From Ophelia neglecta (Eukaryota): a DNA stretch of 64,000 nt. The stretch covers positions 70,184,001 through 70,248,000 of the forward strand of contig OZ260666.1 of assembly GCA_965285935.1 (NCBI GenBank), given 5' to 3'. The notes under the pieces are model-generated. The model did no database searches. It had not been told where the DNA came from and saw only the letters and a program-made list of their open reading frames with translations. A program made the position numbers and the translations under genes. This document shows, piece by piece, positions 14,050 to 23,980 of this stretch. Position 1 is the first letter of the stretch. Every line of letters begins with the position of its first letter.

Positions 14050-14440
14050 TATAAAAATGCATGTAGGGATAAACCATTGAGCGAACGTTAGTGAAACCGT
14101 CTGTAGTTTGTCAATTATGGAGGCATCAAAAGAAATAAACGGTAAGAATATTATCCACAATATTATGTAAACAGTCAACCAAATCTTCTTACTTTATATC
14201 CATAATACCCAATATTAGATAATTCGGGTTTCCGTTATCATTAATGTGGGGATAAGTCATTATTAACACCTCATTACAATGACAATGACCATTAACAATA
14301 TGGCCAATGTATTTAATATCCATTAGTTCCGCGTAGGATCTGAATTGTATCCTCAAATTATTCTGCAGCTAATAAGTTTGGGGATTGTGCCCATCAAACA
14401 AATTTAACACTCACATTTCTTTCGAATCTGTCCTCTGTTT
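14050..14440 (+). pseudogene. Possible LINE ORF2 relic (linker between endonuclease and RT)
   Basis: Fragments QLWRH/KEINGKN (near 14112-14140) and MANVFNIH*FRVGSEL (near 14300-14350) resemble the TW..IKEI and IAN.FN.YF..VG..L motifs of CR1/L2 ORF2; heavily decayed. Confidence 0.35.
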
Positions 14441-15631
14441 ATCTGTGGTGGGTCTGATTTTGATAAATGCAGACAAAAGGGTCAGAATATTAAATAAGAG
14501 AATACTTGGCCGGGTGTTGGTCCTTTGTAACTGCGAACAGATAAAAAAGGAAATCCGTAGATTTGGCTAGGTATCTTTAAAAAAACTAAACACACATACC
14601 TTGGATGCAGAGTTTAAAAGTATTAGATTACTGGAGTAACTCTCTGGCATCATCACAGCCAAGCACCTGGCAAACATTTCACAGGTCGGACAGAGGTATG
14701 GCAAGCATGGTAGGCTAAATAACTTTTACCAAGCAAGATGCACCAGTGATAAAATAATATAGGGGTGCAAAGCAATTCAGTAGATCTCTCACTGGAAATG
14801 AGCAATTACTGCTGTTAATTGACAAACTCAGCTTCTTTATGGATAAATAAAATGTTATAAAAGTCTACACAACAATACACAGGTGTTGTAAATGCTAAAA
14901 TGTGGCACATTAAAAATATGTGTTAAGCATATGGCTGAAAAATTTCATTTCATTTCCTGTCATTGATGGCCATTTCGTGTGGTAAGGAAACCAGGATGTT
15001 AAATTTAAATCCCAAATATAATTTAACAACGAATGTGAAGTATGTTTAGTTGTATCAACAAGTTTAGATATAGTGCCACAATGAAGGCACTAGTCCATAA
15101 GAGAGGAACTTAAACTTTCAAATTTACTGGTAATTAAGAAGATGTGGTATTCATGTTTGAATAGATATTTAATCACATGTTCATGATATTACTGACAGCA
15201 ATGTCATTGCCCTAATATAGCTTAACAAATTTTGACAAATTATGATTGCTTCGCCTTATAAATAGCAAACGAGGTATTCCTTGGCTACTTTTGGGTAATC
15301 CCTTTCACTAATTAATTTGTAATTACTCGGCTAACTTCACCATCCAATCACTATGGGTTTATATTTTCTATAATTCAAGCTTTCAGTGCAATTTGGTTTC
15401 CCGAATGCATCACTGCTCTAAAAGGCAGTAAAAATGGTCATTATATACAAGTAAACAAATCAGCGTAATCAGCGGCGCCCTACCGAAAAAGAACCCAAAT
15501 CCGGTTGTGAGGGATATGGACAAATTAAGAATGATTTAGGTTGGGTAGACATGCGGCTGAATAAGTACACCTTCCAACATCTACGTCGAATCATCAACCG
15601 GCATTTCATCAAAGACAGGCCCATGCAAATA

Positions 15632-15809
15632 CAGTGAAACCTGCCTTAAAGACCACCTCTATATTCAGACCACATGGCAATTCAGGCCACTAATCTGAAG
15701 ACCATTGTGTACACCTTCGGTGTAAAATAACCTGTCTAAACAGACCACCTCCATAATCATACCAATGATTTCCAGTCCCTTGGGTGGTCTCAATTCATAG
15801 GTTTCACTG
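15632..15809. mobile_element. MITE family 1, copy 2 (best preserved)
   Basis: TA|cagtgaaacctgccttaaagaccacc ... ggtggtctcaattcataggtttcactg|TA. Confidence 0.93.
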
Positions 15810-16136
15810 TATTGGAAATCAAGAGATAAGACTGATTACATCATTTGGACTCTTACTTATCTGCGGGAAAGTCCTTATCATCCCAAAGTAGTGCACTAAA
15901 CGAGCACTCTAATGGAGTAATTTCACAATGACTGTTTTGCTCTAGTAAATCATTGAGCAATTGTTATTGTTTGAATAGTAATTGTTCGAGCAAACCAGCT
16001 ACTAGTGGTAAACATGGCTCCAATAGAATTTTTCAAGGTGAATTTCAAGTTAATTCTTTTTCACGCTAAACCTAGATTAGATTGCATCTTTAAAAGTTAA
16101 TATTTGAACGTTTTACTAGATGACCACCTCGCAGGA

Positions 16137-16165
16137 TTCATCCACAAACTATGTTTGTGGATGAA
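16137..16165. other. Perfect 13-bp stem hairpin with 3-nt loop
   Basis: ttcatccacaaac-tat-gtttgtggatgaa. Confidence 0.9.
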
Positions 16166-17562
16166 AGTTAATGGAATTGCCAGTGAATGAATATTGTTAA
16201 TTGTTGGGGAATCATTAACCAGCATCTCTGGTTATAAGAAGCATTTACTAAAAATACGACCCAAGTAAAGGGCAGACAGTTATTAAAAATATCAATTACG
16301 CCTTACCAGGAATATTCCAAATTACAGGTTGAAGCGACTATCATCATGACACATTTGAAATAATACACAGTAGGTCGACCTAAATTCCATCCCGATTTGA
16401 TTTCTGTTAGTGTCTAACGTGAGTGAGAATCCAACAAACCACCCTGCATTTGAATGCAACACCAATCTCACCAGGAAAGGCAAGACAATAGTTTTTACTA
16501 AAAAAGAGAATTACGACTTCATATCTGTGCAAGAGGGTCCCAGGAGTAGAAAGCTTTGAGAAGCTGTCTGAATATCGTATGGGTTGCGTGACAGTAACGA
16601 CGGTATAAAAATAAACAAATGATGGAACGCAGATTATCTTCGATCAATACGCGCTAGTGGCATCAAATATAATCTTATGGCGGCGGATTTGGCGGCATTT
16701 TGTAAATGATTTACGGTGTTGGGAACGACCTGATAGACAGATAGCGAGTGTCTAATGAACTTCAATATGAACGTTGTCTTGTGGCTTGGGTTCGACTGTC
16801 GATGATCTTTCTTGGTCCGGACCACAATCGAAATCACGCGATTGTATGAGTTTTTAAAGATAAAGACAGAATAAAGCATAAGCGTCAATATGGAACTGCA
16901 TTGGGTGCCAAAATGTACAAAGTAGGAAACATGTTAATTGCTATATCTCCTTTAGCCAATCCTTCACCTAAACTTTTCTATGTGCACGTGAAAAGCACAT
17001 CCAGGCACCCTTAACATATACCTTTTACAGATGGTAAATCATAGTGGTATATTAAAGGCGCTTTATGTTAAACGTACATAAATATTGTTACATGTATACG
17101 TAGCATTTCCTTCCAAACCTCAGCAATTCCTAATAGGATATAGTGAACCACAATTACCAGGAACATTTCCGAATGATTTATATCCTTTGCAAATGTAATT
17201 TTTGAAACAGGTTGCCAGGGGCAAAGCAGCCTTGGAGGCCACTTCAAAAAAGACATTACGTTAGGCAGCGGAACTTTTTCAGTATATCGGAGTGATCTTA
17301 TGTCTGAATGCTTTGTTACCCGAGTTACTGCTACATATCCTTCAAAGCGCTCCTCAATTTGCTCGCTTCATTCATTGATGAACGAGTCTATTCTTGCCTG
17401 GTATCGACAAGACCCTAGATTTCATCAATGCAGCGGCGCCGGAAACCAAATTTAACGCTTTTGATTGATTTCCATGCGTTCGCTCAAAAATAGAGTCTAC
17501 TGAAGTAAAAATTGTTGAAATTAGTATGTAGTTGGCAGACACACGGTTTTATAGATGGTAAG

Positions 17563-18958
17563 GTAAGGTTTATTATAACAATAGGCATGACAGCCTGTGT
17601 GTTACATTTATACAATTTACAAATAATAATGAGGAATATGCGTGGCGGAGCACAACCACACCCAAATCACCCGGCATATGCATTTCTGATTTTAGTAGCC
17701 TTCTTTATAAATATGGCTAAGTTATTCAATGTTTTTACATTTTCCACATTAAATAATTCAATGAACTTTTGTATACTAGGACGAACCACATAATATCGCG
17801 GTATATACTTTGCCCTGATTTCAAAGTACAGACAACATTCTACAATAAAATGATACTCGTCCTCTAACACGTTACATACTAAACATTTTCTCTCATTAAA
17901 ACTAACTGGTGGTTTCTTCCAGCTTCCAGATTCAACAAAAAGATCGTGATTTCGGGTTCTAAATCTGCTTAAGACAAATATGTTTCTATATGACACTTTT
18001 GACATATAAGATGGTAAACAAATAGGCTTACATATTTCGGTATACAGATTTCCCTTACTAGACCCTTCAAAACCAGAAGACCAGCTTTGTTTATAAGAGT
18101 CCAACATCCGTTGCTTAAAAAGCACTAAAAATTGTTTTATATGTCCCACCCCTTGATTTTCCCAGACGAAACCAAACCCATACACAAAGAGCAAGTTTTT
18201 CACATTGGTTGCCCATGTGTCACCACGTGTGTGATCTTTCATAATCATATATATTTTAGAAGACAATTTCCGAATATTTCCGTTAACAAGCGAGAACCAA
18301 AATTTCATTATTATAAGATTTCGTGTTATAAAAAGAGGGTGTCGACCAAGTTCACCATACACAAATTCGTTTTTTGTTGAAGACTTTAAGTGAAGAATCT
18401 TTTTACAGAACCCAAGATGAACTTTCTCAACGTCTGGGGCTTTATGAAACCCCCAAACTTCAGCTGCATAATGCAAAATTGGCAGGACCAATTTGTCAAA
18501 CAGTTCACATAAGTGGTCTGGCCTTAAATCTAACCTATACGTATACTTAAGTAAACTGAACATTGCCTTTTTTCCTTGACAAGCCAAAGTTTTTTGTGAA
18601 AAAGTCCAAGTACCACTCGCAGAAAATACAACACCCAAATAGCTAAACTGACCAACAACTTCCAAAGGAATACCTTTATAAATCCAATGATCAGCAGTTG
18701 ACAAGCGCCCACCCTTCCTAAAAACAATTATTTTAGTTTTATCTGTACTGAGAACTAATTTCCACTGATCACAATAATTTTTTAAATGATTCATACTATT
18801 TTGTAACCCCCTCGAACTATCAGCCAACAAGGATGCATCATCAGCATAAAGAAGAATAAAAAGCTGCAACATTTCTATAGATACGCCAGAAACGCCATTA
18901 GCATTTAAGGTTTCCTCTAAATCGTTAACATACATTGCAAATAGGAATGGGCTTAGAA
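17563..18958 (-). mobile_element. 5'-truncated non-LTR retrotransposon (LINE), most like the RTE-X clade; probably a young insertion
   Basis: Stop-free ORF2 remnant, a 3' UTR of about 100 bp ending in AATAAA (plus-strand tttatt 17569-17574) then a CCTTA CCTTA CC tail; GGTAAG on both flanks (17557-17562, 18959-18964). The clade call is from recalled motifs (GELGR.PL, H.L..E.G, C..C...EDE.HF...C), not from a search. Confidence 0.92.
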
Positions 18959-18977
18959 GGTAAGACACAACTTCCAT
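17667..18977 (-). CDS. C-terminal half of LINE ORF2: reverse transcriptase domains 4-7, thumb and CCHC-type zinc finger (the first ~6 codons come from flanking DNA)
   Basis: 436-aa ORF with LSPFLFAMYVNDL, LLYADD, KTKIIVF, FSYLGV, YAAEVWG, GELGRHPL and CLVCNVLEDEYHFIVEC. The upstream QG motif and the endonuclease are missing. Confidence 0.9.
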   Translation of the reverse strand: MEVVSYLLSPFLFAMYVNDLEETLNANGVSGVSIEMLQLFILLYADDASLLADSSRGLQNSMNHLKNYCDQWKLVLSTDKTKIIVFRKGGRLSTADHWIYKGIPLEVVGQFSYLGVVFSASGTWTFSQKTLACQGKKAMFSLLKYTYRLDLRPDHLCELFDKLVLPILHYAAEVWGFHKAPDVEKVHLGFCKKILHLKSSTKNEFVYGELGRHPLFITRNLIIMKFWFSLVNGNIRKLSSKIYMIMKDHTRGDTWATNVKNLLFVYGFGFVWENQGVGHIKQFLVLFKQRMLDSYKQSWSSGFEGSSKGNLYTEICKPICLPSYMSKVSYRNIFVLSRFRTRNHDLFVESGSWKKPPVSFNERKCLVCNVLEDEYHFIVECCLYFEIRAKYIPRYYVVRPSIQKFIELFNVENVKTLNNLAIFIKKATKIRNAYAG

Positions 18978-20470
18978 TTACCAAATCGCAAATCAAAGCC
19001 CACATGCCAGCGTACGTACATTGTGTTAAAAGTAATAGCGATTTGTTACGCATTGTAATTCATTAAAAGCTTATATCGCCTTTATAATCTCATCCAAGCA
19101 CCTTGAAGTATGATGTAAGCTCCGTCCGAAAGGTAATCTCTGTTGAAATATAAATAAGTACGAATGGATAATATCAGAATGACTTTACCCCGTCCTAAGA
19201 CGTGCTTTATCAAAACAAGCACACGCTCATGTATTTTATAATTAGTTTTGCCTATTTTTATCCCCTTGAGATGTTATAAACGTCTTAAAAATAGAATCAC
19301 ATTAACTTGGAACAACGTCAGCTACCCATCAGATAGTATCCCTCTGTGGCTTCAAATAAAGTCTCACAATGGTAATTGCTATAAATCATTTTTGGCTGAT
19401 CTATTGCTATTCAGCTTACTTATTTCATTGATATGCAATTTCGCTATCCGGTCCATCTTTTGTGATTCAGCTTGAAGAGATGGAGGGGAAGTGCATATTT
19501 GTAAATATGTAATTAATAGGCTGTTTGCCTTTTCAGGCGTAGCTCATTATTTTCAGGCAACGAACTCAATCCTTCAACGAGCCATAGATTATTCAAATAA
19601 CCCATTTCATTCCATAACGGATCCCAAGGAAAGTATTATCACCAGGGATTAGACTGTGGAACTCGACATGGATGACCTTTAAAAGGCCAAACGCATTCGC
19701 AATGATCCTAAATAGGCAAATCACCTCGTATACTTGCCATCTTAATATTAAACATTTCGTGAAAAGCATGCGAAGTAAGTTAGAACACAATGTTTAACAA
19801 ATCTCAGATTTGTGGTTCATTAGCATGTATGACCCGGTACACAGTTTTAAAAGTGGCAAATCCACAAACTCGTCTATTTAAAGCTAGAATTTACTCATTA
19901 AGAATAAGCTTTTGTTCAAATCCTGAATCATAGGGCACTAAAGCGATCATTGCCAGGTCACAATCCTGGAAAACCTTAAAAAAAAACAAAAAAAAACATA
20001 TCTACTATCAACATTATTTACTACCTTATCTTACTATGGTGTATCAGGCCAACCGCCGATAGCATCTTTTAGAAAACTCAGTATAAGGGACATTAGATAA
20101 ATCATTAAGCCACCGCTTAAGAGTGAGCTGGAATGCATTGATAAACATCAACAAGCTATTTAGCTAGCTATATAGTACGGACAGCCAGGACACGAAGAAA
20201 ACGTAGACAATACGAAATATATGAACGACGTTCGTTTGCTTGTATGCCATTAAGGTTTAAAGTTAAAGCTCCTTTACCAAGGCATCTAATATATCGGGTA
20301 CATTTAATGAGTCAATGCATGTGATGTATTTAAGTTCCAACCCAACTCCTCTCATGAACTCCGAAAACGAGAATGTCATTCACAATGGTGACATTCAAGT
20401 TTAATAGAATAAAATGTATAATAATCAAAAGTTCCAAACATCATGAATCAATATTATTATATTTCAAATG

Positions 20471-20567
20471 TGGTTGTGACTTGGCTGGGATTCGAACAAA
20501 CAACCCTTGCGCTACCATCCACCTAGCCCAGCGATACCGGCGACTCTATCCATTGTGCTACATCCCC
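20471..20567 (-). mobile_element. tRNA-derived SINE head (Pol III A and B boxes)
   Basis: The minus strand reads GGGGATG-TAGCACAATGG-ATAGAG ... GTTCGAATCC-CAGCC; the A-B spacing is longer than in a tRNA and the acceptor stem does not close, so a SINE or pseudo-tRNA rather than a tRNA gene. Confidence 0.65.
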
Positions 20568-22190
20568 GTTGGATATGTAATAAGTTCAAATCAGTTCATA
20601 TTAGATCATAATAGTAAACCGACGTTGTGTATTATACAGTAGACAGTGTAATTACGTTTCACACTAGACTTCTTTGTACACTCAAGAGGAAATAAATTGG
20701 TGAATTAACTAAAATAAAAGGTTTTTTTGCTCGAACTATTCAATTGGAAATCAGTGCCTACTGGAAAAGCATAATCAGTAAAATTTACATTCCAGACAAA
20801 ATGTAGTGAGCACTCATTTATGTGTCACGAACAAAAATTTTCTGGAACAGAAACCAAATTGTACATTCACTCAAGAGTTGAGACTAGTACTTGATTAAAT
20901 CTTAACACAGGCCCGAGTCTGTATACAGGAAACCCAATTCTGAAAGCTGATCCTAGCCCGTATACTGACCCGTATACCAGTCGAATTGCAACCAAGAAAC
21001 CACAAGTCGCTCAAATAATCATAACAACATCAACCTAAAACGATCTTTGTATCAAACTTAATAGTCAGTGGGAGTTCGTTGACTGAGATGGAATGGTCAC
21101 TACTCTTTCTGCACTTGATTCATTGCAAGATATTAACGTCATATTACTCGCACTGGGTGTAAATCATGTTATTCTATCACACATGCAAACGTTGATTTTT
21201 TTAAACTAACTTACTGCTGATAAGGAACCAGTGCCAAAACCCTTATTCTAAATGCTTTTAAAGTGGAATCGCCGTATTTCCTTCTGAGTTGGTTTCAATA
21301 CAATAGGTTCTCTCAACTTGGAATTTTCACGATGTATTAGGTTGACCTCACACTAAGACCAAATCTAAATCTTACAATGAGGGAGCCCACGTACCATTGA
21401 TATAATTGGTAACAATTGTTGGCATTTCAGAGCTTCACACAAGACGATGCCTAGGCAAGAGGTGTGCTAGGGCAGAATTGTAGATACGGTGTCTAGACTG
21501 CAACGCCATATAAGATAACACTACATGTCTTACAAAGTAACATTCTTGAACAACAACAGGGTGATAAAAGGTGCACTCCAATTCACTCCAAATTGCTATT
21601 GTCATCTTGCATATGATCCTTGTCCAAGAAAACATACGGTAAATATTATAAGCCAAATTGGTAAATTGGAATCATTATATTAATTTAATATAAATGATCC
21701 AGCTTTGAATAAAATCAATTAGTAAATAGATTACAACAATCACAATGAGTCTCGTGCGCATTGTTTACCTTATTCGATAGAGTACATCTGAATATTATAT
21801 ACCTAAATGATCGCTGTTGGGTACGCACCAAAGGAAAATATAAGAGTAAGATGTTCCCTAAGTAGTGTTCATATTGTATAAACAATTTTAGCCAATGAAA
21901 TTAACAATATGTCCAGCTTCCAGAGGCTTGTATATGAGGTTTGCTGGTCTTGATCCCCCGTTGTGAGATTAATGACACTGGTCTTGAAGCGTCGGTCAAT
22001 TGCAATTGGTGTTTATGAACTCAATGAACCACACATTCCAAATTCTCGTGGATTGAAATAAAGGCCAAATTTCCTCAAGGTGTTTTTAACACTTGCTGTG
22101 AACTGGCACTCTGACTTTGGCAATGATGCCCCCTGCTTGCAATTTGGTGTGCATCTTTTGCTTCTAAACCTAAGCTAGTGATATTCAGGA

Positions 22191-22289
22191 CAACTTCATA
22201 TCTCCTTCGGACTAAAGGGGAAGACTGGCAATTTCAAATATTCTTCGGACTTTACGAAAAGGAAACCAATTTCTTATATTCTTCGGACT
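22191..22289. repeat. Three 23-bp direct repeats at an exact 38-bp period
   Basis: caacttcatatctccttcggact (22191), caatttcaaatattcttcggact (22229) and caatttcttatattcttcggact (22267), separated by dissimilar 15-bp spacers. Confidence 0.75.
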
Positions 22290-23599
22290 GCCTAGGTTTT
22301 ATATCAGTCGGATATAGGGCAAAGATATTCTTCAGTACAAGTATTTAGCCAGAAAACTGCATAATATCGCTGTTATATATTGCCGTGAGTGATCTTGATG
22401 GAACTGTTTATAACCACAATGGTGGCAGTTTACGCTTGACCATGGTCATACATTTCTCCAGTGGAAATCCACCAATCACAATAAATACCATTCTCGGGAT
22501 TTGTCGTCCTAAATCAAGCTTATGGTATCATATTTCCTATAAATACTCAAATTCGATTTTTTGCCAAGAATAATTCGCAATTACAAATCAACACATCAAT
22601 CTGTATTAACTCCTTGGCAATCACTCTCACCCATGGCATACTTATTATCTGATGAAACAGAAACATTGCAATATTTTAGCAAAGCAGTGGGATCTCCTGA
22701 TCCAGCCATATTAACGATTGGTAATCAGCTATCAGTCATCACATGTTTGATTGCGGCTTTGAGATAACTGCTTCTGTTAAAAAAATATATTCAAACTTAC
22801 CTCGATCAAGAAGAATTTCGATTCTATGAAGTCCTCTGCGGGATTTGCACTAAAATCCTTTGCAGGTTTTGTACCGGGTTAACACATAAGTTGGGAAAGG
22901 CGTAGTTCCTCACACAGAGAAGTCGAAAACATTGATATCATTGTCGGGTGCTCAACGGCCTCAAAGTGAGAACATTCGTTGAGTAGGAGATCTTCTCTCT
23001 ACACATTTCCAAGTTGTCTTGTATAACCAGTGATCGACTGTGTGATGCCTACCCAAACAGTTTACGTATAAACCAGCCACTTTTTTATGAAGCCTAAGTA
23101 ATGTATGTCGCTGCTACCTTCAATTATTCCAGTAGTTCTTTCCTACCCTTTTTCAATTGATTATATGGATTATCCTAAGGATTTCGTCAGACACAGTTAT
23201 CTAGGGTTCGTTCATGTTGCATATTGCACTCCAAGGACGATTCCTGCAAATAAACAAGATGTGGCATTAGAAACAATGGTGCTTTCTGAATGATTGTCAC
23301 TGGATCCTATAACACTAGAAAAAGAAACACTTTGTAACCGTTGTATTCACCACAGTGGTTAGCGGGAATTCGATAGATTAGCAGGAGGCCAGGTGATAAA
23401 TGCCATTCTTGTTATAGACAACAGGAGTCTCTATCGCGTGAAGACGTACCAGTACAGAATAGCATACAGATAGTAACATACATGTATCCTATTGCTGTTT
23501 CGCGAATCAAGTCATTTATTTTCGTTATACCAATGCTGAAGGAGATGGTTTGTTTGATATAACATGCATTTAGCGGTGTAGTTGTTTCCGTGACCGTAT

Positions 23600-23980
23600 T
23601 AACATAATTTAATTGCTTTTTGAATATTTTCATAACTCATTGGTGGCTTTGATTAACATTCTCTTAACAAAGGAACATTTAGTGCAACTGTCACACTCGT
23701 TAGCCAACTCATATAAATCTTGTGATTTATAATTGCAGAACAGGACACGGGCGTTTTGCGGTAGCATATCACTAAACCTTCGTGAGAATCCTGATTCTGC
23801 GAATGTCCACATAAAGTTAGCTTTGGCGCGGATCCATACCAGTCAGGAATAAATACTTGCTTCTGAATTATCCTTGAATATGGAATTCGCGACGGATATA
23901 ATTCTGATAAAAATTGGCGATGTCTATGTTTTTACGATGTTTACACGTTCATCAGTGTATAGGTTTACCTAATGTTCGCA
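23600..23980 (-). pseudogene. Possible AP-endonuclease (EEP) domain relic of a LINE or Helitron-type element
   Basis: Frameshifted minus-strand motifs in the expected order: ANIR (23979-23968), NIDIA/FLSE (23930-23902), FIPDWY, EGLVICYRK (23781-23755), KPP (near 23645). Confidence 0.4.

Noticed and set aside
17021-17040. ttttacag-ATG-gtaaat (and ttttatag-ATG-gtaag at 17547) as 3-nt micro-exons
   Set aside because: Short motifs expected by chance, with no flanking gene structure to place them in.
19670-19720. RIIANAFGLLK on the minus strand, resembling the PIF/Harbinger transposase motif
   Set aside because: Isolated motif; upstream and downstream residues do not continue the similarity.
22191-22289. 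CRISPR array
   Set aside because: Only 3 degenerate repeats, 15-bp spacers, no cas genes, eukaryotic context; kept as a plain repeat.
22649-22680. Minimal hammerhead ctgatgaaacagaaacattgcaat (also a ctgacgaaatcc-ttaggat variant near 23170-23192, - strand, and ccgatgaaagtcc at 63964)
   Set aside because: Each lacks stem II, the GAAA core or a valid NUH site.
22795-23020. Strong minus-strand donor GAG|GTAAGT with a possible exon
   Set aside because: No ATG-led open frame or partner exon found; cannot be supported without transcripts.
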